From: an uncultured Ignavibacteriales bacterium
GTDB taxonomy: Bacteria; Zixibacteria; MSB-5A5; GN15; JAAZOE01
Assembly: GCA_964549765.1 (NCBI GenBank)
Contig: CAZJWR010000012.1
Coordinates: forward strand, 1,607-65,606
Direction of reading: 5' to 3'
DNA: 64,000 nucleotides
In this document: positions 33,397 to 41,928 of the stretch, piece after piece
Layout: every line of letters starts with the position of its first letter
Numbering within the stretch: the stretch's first letter is position 1
Position numbers and translations under genes: made by a program
The notes under the pieces: model-generated
Seen by the model: only the letters and a program-made list of their open reading frames with translations
Told to the model about the DNA's origin: nothing
Database searches by the model: none

Positions 33397-34413
33397 ATGG
33401 ATATCTCCGAACAGCTCCATAACATCGGTCAGGCGGCCCGCAAGGCGATGGAAGAGGCCGCGAGCGTCGACGTTCTGGAACAGTTGCGCGTATCCTACTT
33501 GGGCAAAAAAGGCGAACTGACGAGCATTCTGCGGGGACTCAAAGAACTCCCGGTCGAGACGCGCAAAGAGATCGGCGGGGCGGCCAATCGCCTTAAAGCC
33601 GATCTGGAACGGATCATCGCGGAAAAGCGAGAAGACCTGACGTCCGGCGCGGCCATACGCGCCGATTTCGATTATACCCTCCCGGGGCGGCCCTACTATC
33701 ACGGTCATCGCCATCTGATAACGATGGTAATGGACGAGGCCATCGCGATTTTCCAGCGGATGGGATTCGAAATCACCGACGGTCCGGAAATCGAAAACGA
33801 CTATTACAATTTCGGCGCCCTCAATTTTCCCGACGATCACCCCGCCCGCGACGAACAGGACACTTTCTATGTCGAGGGTGATCTGCTTCTCCGGACGCAC
33901 ACCTCGCCGGTGCAGATTCGCGAATTCAAAAAACGCACACCGCCGGTCAAAATTATCGCGCCGGGCAAGGTATTTCGCAACGAAGCCGTCAGCGCCCGGA
34001 GCGCCTGTGTCTTCCACCAGATCGAAGGCTTCTATGTCGATAAAGACGTCACCTTCGCCGACCTAAAGGGGACGCTGGAAGCATTTTGTTATGAATTTTT
34101 TCAGGAAGGAGTGGAACTGAGGTTTCGCCCCAGTTTCTTTCCGTTCACCGAGCCGTCGGCGGAAGTCGATGTCCGGTGTCTCTTTTGCGGGGGCAGCGGA
34201 TGCACCGTGTGCAAATTCGAGGGATGGCTGGAAATTCTCGGCTGCGGGATGATCGATCCCGCCGTGTTCAGAGCCGTCGGGTACGATCCCGACGAGGTCA
34301 CCGGGTACGCCTTCGGCACCGGTATGGAACGCCCGGCCATGTTGCGGCACGGCGTCAATGACATCCGCCTGCTGTTTGAAAATGATATAAAATTTATCAG
34401 ACAATTTCGCTGA
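33397..34413 (+). CDS. pheS: phenylalanine--tRNA ligase alpha subunit
   Basis: 338 aa with class II motifs (FPDDHPARDEQDTFY, LLRTHTSPVQIR, GKVFRNEAVSARSACVFHQIEG, GFAFGTGMERPAML). Confidence 0.97.
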   Translation: MDISEQLHNIGQAARKAMEEAASVDVLEQLRVSYLGKKGELTSILRGLKELPVETRKEIGGAANRLKADLERIIAEKREDLTSGAAIRADFDYTLPGRPYYHGHRHLITMVMDEAIAIFQRMGFEITDGPEIENDYYNFGALNFPDDHPARDEQDTFYVEGDLLLRTHTSPVQIREFKKRTPPVKIIAPGKVFRNEAVSARSACVFHQIEGFYVDKDVTFADLKGTLEAFCYEFFQEGVELRFRPSFFPFTEPSAEVDVRCLFCGGSGCTVCKFEGWLEILGCGMIDPAVFRAVGYDPDEVTGYAFGTGMERPAMLRHGVNDIRLLFENDIKFIRQFR

Positions 34414-34416
34414 TCA

Positions 34417-36795
34417 ATGAAACTTCCGTATAGCTGGCTAAAAGAATTATCGGGGGCCGACTGGTCGATTGAGGAGATGGAAGATCGACTGACCCGGTCC
34501 GGTACGGCTGGAGTGGCCGAACGAATCAAACGCGAATATTTCGAGCGCGTCGTCGTCGGTCAAATCACAAAGCTCGACAAACATCCCAACGCCGATAAAC
34601 TGCTGGTGGCCGAAGTTGAATCCGGCGACGGTTCTCACACCGTTATTTGCGGCGCGCCCAACTGCGCCGTGGGGCAGAAAGTCGTCCTGGCTCTTCCGGG
34701 AGCGCGACTCAAAGGCGAATTTGAAATAAAAGAGATCAAAATGCGGGGCGTCAAATCGGCCGGTATGATTTGCGCCGAAGACGAGTTGGGTTTATCCGAC
34801 GACCATTCCGGGATAATCGTCCTCGATGAAGAAGCGCCCTTGGGAAAACCGGTTTTCGATTACCTCGGCCTCGATGATGCCGTCTTCAATTTCGAAATCA
34901 CTCCCAATCGGCCCGATTGCCTGTCTGCCATCGGTGTCGCCCGCGAAATCGCCGTTCTGGATGGCCGCGAATTTCATGTCTCATTCGATCCGCCTGCGGA
35001 ATCGAATCGCAAAGCCGTCGACTATGTGAAAGTCGTCATAAACGATTCCGATGCCTGCCCCCGATATGCGGCGCGGATTATCGACGGTGTCAAAATCGGG
35101 CCGTCGCCCTGGTGGCTGCGCAAGCGGCTGATGGACTGCGGCGTCCGGCCGATAAATGTCATCGTCGATATCACGAATTTCGTTATGTTCGAAACCGGCC
35201 ATCCGCTTCACGCCTTTGACTACGAGCGATTCGGCTCCAAAGAAGTCGTCGTCCGGCGCGCTGGCGCAGGTGAAAAATTTACCACTCTCGACGGCAAGGA
35301 TCATATCCTGGATGCAACCATCCTGCTCATTACCAATGGCAAAACCGGCGTCGCTGTCGGCGGCGTCATGGGCGGGCTGAATTCCGAAGTCGAGGAAGAC
35401 ACCAAAACGATATTGCTGGAAGCGGCCTATTTCGATCCGGGAACCATCCGCCGTTCGGCCCGTAAACTGTGCCTGTCGTCCGAATCGTCCTATCGTTTCG
35501 AGCGCGGTGTCAATCCCAACGGAGTCGTCGATGCCGCCGATCGTGCCGCAGCGCTTATGGCCGAACTGGCCGGGGGAGAGGTTCTTTCCGGCGTGGTCGA
35601 CAATTACGCCAAGAAAATCGCTCCCGTCACGATCGAACTGCGTCCGCCGCAGGTGAAACGTCTGCTCGGTGTGGACATAGATGTCGCCACCATGGAAAAG
35701 ACACTCCGCGGCCTCGGCCTCAAGATTGAATCCGGTGATACGATAAAAGCCGCAGCGCCGACGTATCGCCCTGACCTGACGCGTGAGGTCGATCTTATCG
35801 AAGAAATCGGCCGAATCTACGGTCTCCGTAACATCCCCAACGCGACACGCAACACCGGGCCGAGGCTGACGCCGATTCATCGTCGCGACACGATCAAGGA
35901 CGATCTCCGACGAATCCTGACCGGTCTGGGGTTCGATGAAACCCTCACTACCGGCATGGGCAGCCGGCCCAAAATGGAATTCATCGATCCCACCCTCCCC
36001 TTGATAGAAATCACCAATCCTATGTCCGACGAGTTTATGGTCATGCGGTCGCGGATGCTTTATTCGCTGCTTGTGTCGGCGGGGAATAATATCCGCCACC
36101 GTAATATGGACGTGAACATATTTGAAATCGGCCGCATCTTCCGAAAAGGCTCACCATTCCCGACCGAACTTGTGACTCTGGGGATATTGATGACGGGCAG
36201 ACCCGACATGGTCTACTGGAATCGTGAATCCGAACCGGTCGACCTGTTTGACCTCAAAGGCGCGGTTCGGGCCGTGGCGGACGGCCTGGGGTTGGGCGAA
36301 ATCACCCTCGATTCCGAAGAAACGCCCGGCTATGTTCCTTCGCGATCGTATCGAATAATGATAGAGGGCGCGACGGTCGGATTCTTGGGGCAGGTCGATA
36401 AAAAATCGGCCAGGTTATTCGATATCAAGCAGGACTGCTATGCCGCCGAATTGGATTGCGAGCAGCTCATAGCCTGCGAACGCGGTCTGGCGCAATTCCA
36501 GCCATTGCCAAAATTCCCGGCGTCGTCCCGCGACGTTGCTCTTGTCGTGGACGAGGGCACGAAGGCCGAGGAAATCCATACATATATCCGCGAGACCGGG
36601 GGAGACCTGGTCGAATCGGTGACCCTGTTCGATCTCTTTACCGGGGAACCGGTGCCGGAGGGCAAAAAATCACTGGCGTACGCAATTCAGTTTCGCTCGC
36701 CCGAAAAAACACTGGAAGACGATGAGGTCGACCGCGTGTACAAGCAGATTGTAGCCGGGCTGGAGAAGAAATTCAACGCCCGTTTAAGGGAGTAA
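34417..36795 (+). CDS. pheT: phenylalanine--tRNA ligase beta subunit
   Basis: 792 aa. MKLPYSWLKEL..., a tRNA-binding domain (HPNADKLLVAEVESGDG), B3/4 and B5 domains and a C-terminal FDX-ACB domain. Confidence 0.97.
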   Translation: MKLPYSWLKELSGADWSIEEMEDRLTRSGTAGVAERIKREYFERVVVGQITKLDKHPNADKLLVAEVESGDGSHTVICGAPNCAVGQKVVLALPGARLKGEFEIKEIKMRGVKSAGMICAEDELGLSDDHSGIIVLDEEAPLGKPVFDYLGLDDAVFNFEITPNRPDCLSAIGVAREIAVLDGREFHVSFDPPAESNRKAVDYVKVVINDSDACPRYAARIIDGVKIGPSPWWLRKRLMDCGVRPINVIVDITNFVMFETGHPLHAFDYERFGSKEVVVRRAGAGEKFTTLDGKDHILDATILLITNGKTGVAVGGVMGGLNSEVEEDTKTILLEAAYFDPGTIRRSARKLCLSSESSYRFERGVNPNGVVDAADRAAALMAELAGGEVLSGVVDNYAKKIAPVTIELRPPQVKRLLGVDIDVATMEKTLRGLGLKIESGDTIKAAAPTYRPDLTREVDLIEEIGRIYGLRNIPNATRNTGPRLTPIHRRDTIKDDLRRILTGLGFDETLTTGMGSRPKMEFIDPTLPLIEITNPMSDEFMVMRSRMLYSLLVSAGNNIRHRNMDVNIFEIGRIFRKGSPFPTELVTLGILMTGRPDMVYWNRESEPVDLFDLKGAVRAVADGLGLGEITLDSEETPGYVPSRSYRIMIEGATVGFLGQVDKKSARLFDIKQDCYAAELDCEQLIACERGLAQFQPLPKFPASSRDVALVVDEGTKAEEIHTYIRETGGDLVESVTLFDLFTGEPVPEGKKSLAYAIQFRSPEKTLEDDEVDRVYKQIVAGLEKKFNARLRE

Positions 36796-36799
36796 AATC

Positions 36800-37066
36800 A
36801 TGGGACTGGACTCGCTCGATAAATTGGAAGAACGAATCAGCAAAGCTGTCGCTCATATAGAGAAATTAAGCGATATCAGAAAGCGCCTGGAGGAAGATAA
36901 CAGCCAGCTGAAGGAAAGAATCGGGCGGCTGGAAGAGGAGCTAAAGGCCCACAAGGAACGTGCGGCCGATCTGGAAAAACAGTCGTCGGCGATTTCGGAG
37001 CGTGTTAAAGAGAAGGTTGAAGGGTTGCTCGGCCGTATCGACAGCTACGAGCAAAGCCTGCCATAA
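36800..37066 (+). CDS. ZapB-like coiled-coil protein (putative cell-division factor)
   Basis: 88 aa, a continuous heptad coiled coil (LDKLEERISKAVAHIEKLSDIRKRLEEDNSQLKERIGRLEEELKAHKE). It starts 4 nt after pheT and lies next to zapA. Confidence 0.5.
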   Translation: MGLDSLDKLEERISKAVAHIEKLSDIRKRLEEDNSQLKERIGRLEEELKAHKERAADLEKQSSAISERVKEKVEGLLGRIDSYEQSLP

Positions 37067-37072
37067 TTTCTC

Positions 37073-37102
37073 TTGACATAAGTTTAAATTTGGGGGTATA
37101 TT
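37073..37102 (+). promoter_or_regulatory. sigma-70-type promoter upstream of zapA
   Basis: TTGACA (37073-37078) - 18 nt - TATATT (37097-37102), in an AT-rich 105-nt gap. Confidence 0.55.
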
Positions 37103-37171
37103 GTAAATTGTTGGAGAAGAGTAAGTTATTACGATAACATAGAGGATTGACCCGAGGGCTGGAACAACGGG

Positions 37172-37474
37172 ATGGAACGGCATATGAATCGCGTTCGTGT
37201 GAACATATACGGAGAAGAATACACCATTCGATCCGAGGGTGATGAGGAATATATTCGTCAGGTGGCCGGCTATGTCGACCGCAAAATGAGAGAAATCGCC
37301 GAAAAGGCCCCCAATAAATCGCATGCACGGGTGGCTATTTTGGCGGCGTTGAATATTACCGACGAATATTTCGCCGAGAGGAGCAAAGAGAAAGAAGGGC
37401 TCCAAAACCTCGAGGAACGCGCCAGCACTATTATCAGTCTATTGGATGAAAAACTCTCGGATGCCGTCGAGTAA
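37172..37474 (+). CDS. zapA: cell division protein ZapA
   Basis: VRVNIYGEEYTIRSEGDEEYIRQVAGYVDRKMREI...RVAILAALNITDEY is the ZapA signature. ATG 37184 is an alternative start. Confidence 0.85.
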   Translation: MERHMNRVRVNIYGEEYTIRSEGDEEYIRQVAGYVDRKMREIAEKAPNKSHARVAILAALNITDEYFAERSKEKEGLQNLEERASTIISLLDEKLSDAVE

Positions 37475-37558
37475 TTCTCGATCGGCAGCCGCAGTTCTCT
37501 CCCTTACTTACTCTCTTCCGCTAAACATAGATTGCCCCACAGGGCGGAGTGTTTATAT

Positions 37559-39124
37559 ATGGAAACCACGACATTAATTATCCTCATTGCCGTCGTGGCG
37601 ATCGTGGGTTCCTTCGCGTTGGCCTGGTTTCTTTCCCGGCGAATCGGGGATCAGAAACTGGCCCGGGCGGATGAATTCGCCAAAAAAATGATCGCCGAAG
37701 CGGAAAAAGAAGCGGAAATAAAGAAGAAGGAAGCCATCCTCGAGGCCAAAGAGGATTGGTACAAGACAAAAACGGCGTATGAGCGTGAAATTCAGCAGAA
37801 GCGGAATGAACTGGCCAAGGCCGAGAAACGGATCACCGATAAGGAACAGGACCTGTCCCGGAAAATCGAATCGGCCAACACTCGCGAACGTCAAGTGTCT
37901 GAACGAGAACGGGTGCTATCGGGGAGAGAAAAAGGAATCACCATCCGGGAGCAGGAACTGGATCGGCTGATCACCGACCAGAACGTGCAACTGGAACGGA
38001 TTTCGGGTATGTCGGCCGAAGAAGCCAAACAGATCCTGATCGAAAACATGACCGGCAAGGCCAAACTGGAAGCGGCCGCTCTCGCCAAAGAAATCAAGGA
38101 ACAGGCCGAACACGAGGCCGAACGGGAAGCCCGCGATATCATTATCCAGGCCATCCAGCGCTGTGCCGCCGACCATACCGTGGAATCCACGGTGTCGGTC
38201 GTGAATCTCCCCAATGACGAGATGAAAGGGCGGATTATCGGCCGCGAAGGCCGCAATATCCGTTCCTTCGAGACAGCCACTGGCATTGATGTCATCGTCG
38301 ACGACACGCCCGAGGCGGTGATCCTTTCCGGGTACGACCCGATCCGCCGCGAAATCGCGCGTATGGCGTTGGAGAAGCTCGTCGCCGACGGCCGCATCCA
38401 TCCCACCCGAATCGAAGAAGTCGTCGTCAAAGCCGAGAAGGACATGGAAGTCATCATCCGCGAGGCGGGCGAACAGGCCGCCTTCGATATCGGCGTTCAC
38501 GGTCTGCATCTGGAGATCATCAAACTTCTGGGCAAGCTCAAATTCCGATCCAGCTACGGGCAGAACGTGTTGCATCACAGCCATGAGGTTGCCATGTTAT
38601 CGGGAATCATGGCTTCCGAACTGGAACTCGATACAATGCTGGCCAAGCGCGCCGGTCTGCTTCATGATATCGGCAAGGCTGTCGACCGGGAAACTGAGGG
38701 GACGCATACCCAGATCGGCGGCAAAATATTGCGCCGGTTCAACGAGGATCCGATCGTCATCAACGCCGTCGAATCTCATCACGGCGACGTTCCTAAAGAG
38801 ACGGTCTATCCCGTGCTGGTCCAGGCTGCCGACGCCATCTCCGGTTCGCGCCCCGGGGCGCGGCGGGAACCTCTGGAGAGTTATATCAAACGTTTGGAGA
38901 AACTGGAGGAGCTGGCCGATAGCTTCAAAGGCGTAGCCAAGGCATACGCCATCCAGGCCGGGCGTGAAATCCGCGTGATTGTCGAATGCGACCAGATGGA
39001 CGACCTGGCTTCGGCCATCCTTGCGTCCGATATCGCGGAAAAAATCGAAAACGAAATGGAATATCCGGGCCAGATCAAAGTGACTGTCATCCGTGAGAAA
39101 CGCTCGGTGGAATACGCCAAGTGA
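37559..39124 (+). CDS. rny: ribonuclease Y
   Basis: An N-terminal TM helix, a long coiled coil, a KH domain (GRIIGREGRNIRSFE) and an HD domain (HSHEVAMLSGIMA...LLHDIGKA). ATG 37559 (METTTLIIL) is preferred over TTG 37532. Confidence 0.95.
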   Translation: METTTLIILIAVVAIVGSFALAWFLSRRIGDQKLARADEFAKKMIAEAEKEAEIKKKEAILEAKEDWYKTKTAYEREIQQKRNELAKAEKRITDKEQDLSRKIESANTRERQVSERERVLSGREKGITIREQELDRLITDQNVQLERISGMSAEEAKQILIENMTGKAKLEAAALAKEIKEQAEHEAEREARDIIIQAIQRCAADHTVESTVSVVNLPNDEMKGRIIGREGRNIRSFETATGIDVIVDDTPEAVILSGYDPIRREIARMALEKLVADGRIHPTRIEEVVVKAEKDMEVIIREAGEQAAFDIGVHGLHLEIIKLLGKLKFRSSYGQNVLHHSHEVAMLSGIMASELELDTMLAKRAGLLHDIGKAVDRETEGTHTQIGGKILRRFNEDPIVINAVESHHGDVPKETVYPVLVQAADAISGSRPGARREPLESYIKRLEKLEELADSFKGVAKAYAIQAGREIRVIVECDQMDDLASAILASDIAEKIENEMEYPGQIKVTVIREKRSVEYAK

Positions 39125-39129
39125 GGCCT

Positions 39130-39972
39130 ATGCCGAACCGAAAAATACTCTTTATCGCCGACGTCGTGGGCAAGCCGGGACGCCATATCCTGTCCCAGAT
39201 GACCCGCCGACTGAGATACAAGCACGAAGTCGATTATGTCATCGCCAACACCGAAAATGCCGCCGCCGGTTTCGGCATTACCCCCGAAATGGCCCAGAAG
39301 GTGTTCGCCTATGGGGTCGATTGCCAGACGTCTGGCAATCATCTCTGGGATCGCCCCGGAATCGCCGAGTACCTCGAACATGAACCCCGCCTGATACGGC
39401 CAGCCAACTATCCCGAAGCCAAGGGATGGGGGTATCATATCAACCGTATCGAAAATGACCGCATCGCCGTTATTTCGCTCATGGGTCGGACATTCATGTA
39501 CAATATCGAATGCCCCTTCCGGACCGCCGATGCCATCCTCGACGAAGTGCCCGACGATGTCAAAATGATTATCATCGATTTTCACGCCGAGGCGACGTCG
39601 GAAAAAGAAGCCATGTGGTATTATCTCGATGGACGCGTATCGGCGGTGATCGGCACCCATACCCATGTCCAAACGGCGGATGAACAGATTTCGGCGAAAG
39701 GCACGGCGTATATCACCGACGTCGGCATGACCGGGCCGTTCGATTCCATTCTGGGGATGAAGAAGGATCCGGCCCTGAAACGCTTTCTATCCGGCCGCCC
39801 GATTCGACTATCGGTGGCCGAGGAGGACGTCCGCATATCCGGCGTGCTGCTTGATCTTAACCCCGCCGATGGTAAGGCCGTTGCTATCGAACGATATTGC
39901 CTGCCGTTGGATTTGTCCCTGCCCCTGCGAGACCCTGAGGAGGAAAACGTCGATGTCGGAGAAGCTGATTGA
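39130..39972 (+). CDS. ymdB: YmdB-like metallophosphoesterase (2',3'-cyclic-nucleotide phosphodiesterase family)
   Basis: KILFIADVVGKPGR...VIANTENAAAGFGITPEMA...TSGNHLWD...IIDFHAEATSEK...GTHTHVQTADE...ITDVGMTGP. The rny-ymdB adjacency matches the arrangement in Bacillus. Confidence 0.9.
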   Translation: MPNRKILFIADVVGKPGRHILSQMTRRLRYKHEVDYVIANTENAAAGFGITPEMAQKVFAYGVDCQTSGNHLWDRPGIAEYLEHEPRLIRPANYPEAKGWGYHINRIENDRIAVISLMGRTFMYNIECPFRTADAILDEVPDDVKMIIIDFHAEATSEKEAMWYYLDGRVSAVIGTHTHVQTADEQISAKGTAYITDVGMTGPFDSILGMKKDPALKRFLSGRPIRLSVAEEDVRISGVLLDLNPADGKAVAIERYCLPLDLSLPLRDPEEENVDVGEAD

Positions 39973-40840
39973 CGGCAAGGCTATCGCCCAAAAAGTCAAA
40001 AACGAACTCACCCAAGATATCGAAACGCTGATCGAATCCGGGGTCACACCCGGTCTGGCCGCCGTGCTTATCGGCGACGATCCGGCGTCGCATATCTATG
40101 TCCGCAGCAAGGAACGGGCCTGCAAGAAAATCGGCATCTACAGCGAGGTTATCCGTGAGTCGGCCGATTTTCCGGAAGAGGAATTGATCGATCTTATCGA
40201 TCAACTCAACGCCCGCCGCGACATTCACGGGATCCTCATTCAATCGCCCGTTCCCAAACATATCGACGAACCGGCCATGGTGCTGCGTATCGATCCGGCC
40301 AAGGACGTCGACGGCTTTCACCCTCAGAGCGTCGGCAAGATGCTTTTAGGATCGCCGTCGTTCCTGCCCTGCACGCCGCTGGGTGTGGTGCGCATGCTGC
40401 AGGAAATCGGCGTCGATCCCAAGGGCAAAAAGGTTGTCATTCTGGGAAGGGGCAACATCGTCGGCAAGCCGCTGGCGGCGATGCTTATGCAGAAATGGCC
40501 GGGATGCAACGCCACTGTAACGGTCTGTCATACCGGAACGAAGGATATTCCCGCCGAAACCCGCCAGGCCGACATCCTGGTAGCGGCGATGGGCAAGCCT
40601 AAATTCGTGACGGCCGACATGATCAAAGACGGCGTGGTTATCATCGACGTCGGTGTCAATCGGGTCGATGATCCGAGCAAGGAAAAGGGATACTACGTCT
40701 GCGGCGACGTGGATTTCGATGCCTGCCTGCCGAAGGCGTCCATGATAACGCCCGTACCGGGCGGCGTCGGCCCCATGACTATCGCCATGCTCCTGCACAA
40801 CACCGTCCGCGCCGCGAAAAATATGGCCGCCGTCCGCTAA
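39953..40840 (+). CDS. folD: bifunctional methylenetetrahydrofolate dehydrogenase/cyclohydrolase FolD
   Basis: MSEKLIDGKAIAQKVK...GLAAVLIGDDPASHIYVRSK...DGFHP.SVG...TPLGV...GRGNIVGKP...TPVPGGVGPMTIAMLL. ATG 39953 follows GAGGAGGA. Confidence 0.95.
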   Translation: MSEKLIDGKAIAQKVKNELTQDIETLIESGVTPGLAAVLIGDDPASHIYVRSKERACKKIGIYSEVIRESADFPEEELIDLIDQLNARRDIHGILIQSPVPKHIDEPAMVLRIDPAKDVDGFHPQSVGKMLLGSPSFLPCTPLGVVRMLQEIGVDPKGKKVVILGRGNIVGKPLAAMLMQKWPGCNATVTVCHTGTKDIPAETRQADILVAAMGKPKFVTADMIKDGVVIIDVGVNRVDDPSKEKGYYVCGDVDFDACLPKASMITPVPGGVGPMTIAMLLHNTVRAAKNMAAVR

Positions 40841-40873
40841 GTTTTATCATCCGATTGAAGCGGACATTCTTGC

Positions 40874-40902
40874 TTGCATTCTCTCAGCATCCTTACTATA
40901 AT
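40874..40902 (+). promoter_or_regulatory. sigma-70-type promoter upstream of 40994..41548
   Basis: TTGCAT (40874-40879) - 17 nt - TATAAT (40897-40902). Confidence 0.55.
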
Positions 40903-40993
40903 TCGATAAGGCCGGTAAAATTCAGGCCATGATTAGATTCGTGCGTTTATAGCGGGGACCGCGTTTCCATAGGTACTCCGCAGGGAGGTTCAC

Positions 40994-41548
40994 ATGCCCA
41001 GATTCTTGGCTCTGATATTGTTGATCGCCATTATTCACTCGTGTGCTGCGATATTTGAAAAAGATTGGGATGAAGAAAATAATTCCACTCATTACCGCAT
41101 GACCAGAATCGAATCGGAATTCGCCAAGCCGGATTCCGTCAAAGGGATCGAAGTCGTTACGGTTGCCGTCGACAAGGAAATTTCGGATTCGACGGGCGAT
41201 TCGACGTTCAGTATCTATCTATATTTTATTTCCACGAAGGGAATCGGCGCTGATCCCGGCGACACGCTGAGAGTGCAAATCGACAGCCAATGGACGTCGC
41301 TTTGCTGTGTGAAGGAATGGCACGATCATGTTCCACTCAAGGACGTGGTCATCAACGATCCGCACGCTCCCGGATGGGTTTGGATTAAAAAATCGATCTT
41401 CGAAGTGAAACGCGAAATGATTCATGAAATGGCGAAAAGCAATGGGGTGCGGCTTGAGGTAAACACCCCGAGTCGACAGGTAGTCGGACGAATCTCTCAT
41501 GACGGCATCAAGAGTATCAGAAAATTCTGCAAAAAGTACGTCCGATGA
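40994..41548 (+). CDS. hypothetical exported protein / possible lipoprotein
   Basis: 184 aa with a hydrophobic N-terminus ending IIHSC (an atypical lipobox). No recognised family. Its GC is lower than the flanking genes. Confidence 0.55.
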   Translation: MPRFLALILLIAIIHSCAAIFEKDWDEENNSTHYRMTRIESEFAKPDSVKGIEVVTVAVDKEISDSTGDSTFSIYLYFISTKGIGADPGDTLRVQIDSQWTSLCCVKEWHDHVPLKDVVINDPHAPGWVWIKKSIFEVKREMIHEMAKSNGVRLEVNTPSRQVVGRISHDGIKSIRKFCKKYVR

Positions 41549-41928
41549 TTTCCCGGCCGACCGGAGAGCCGCCGAAGCAGCGCTTGAAACGGTAATTTCC
41601 GCGACATAATATAAAACAGATAGAATATATCTTGCATGCAGGGTTAATAGTAAGATATAGACCCGCCTTGCACATTTGCTGCACTATAATGCATATCGAT
41701 TTCTGAACAGCGATTTCTCTCGCCTTAAAATGGATTCGGATTACCAGCAGATCAAGACAGCTCGCCAATAAGACATTATTATAAAACAAGTTAGCTGGTG
41801 GCAATTAACGGCACCCTAATGGAATCCAATATAATCGGTCATTGCGAAATACCCCTTGCATAACTCCGGCTGAGGCATATCTTTTGCTTAATAGGTTTAG
41901 ACTACGGAACCTCTTACCTGCAGGCCAC

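Noticed and set aside
37475-37558. 6S RNA (ssrS) downstream of zapA, as in E. coli.
   Set aside because: The gap is only ~85 nt, too short for a ~180-nt 6S RNA, and shows no long imperfect duplex.
41549-41928. c-di-GMP riboswitch or sigma-54 promoter upstream of the giant adhesin.
   Set aside because: I could not find the conserved GEMM-I core. The only TGGCA..GGCA candidate (TGGCAATTAACGGCA, ~41797-41811) has spacing one nt short of the strict -24/-12 distance. It is left as an open spacer only.
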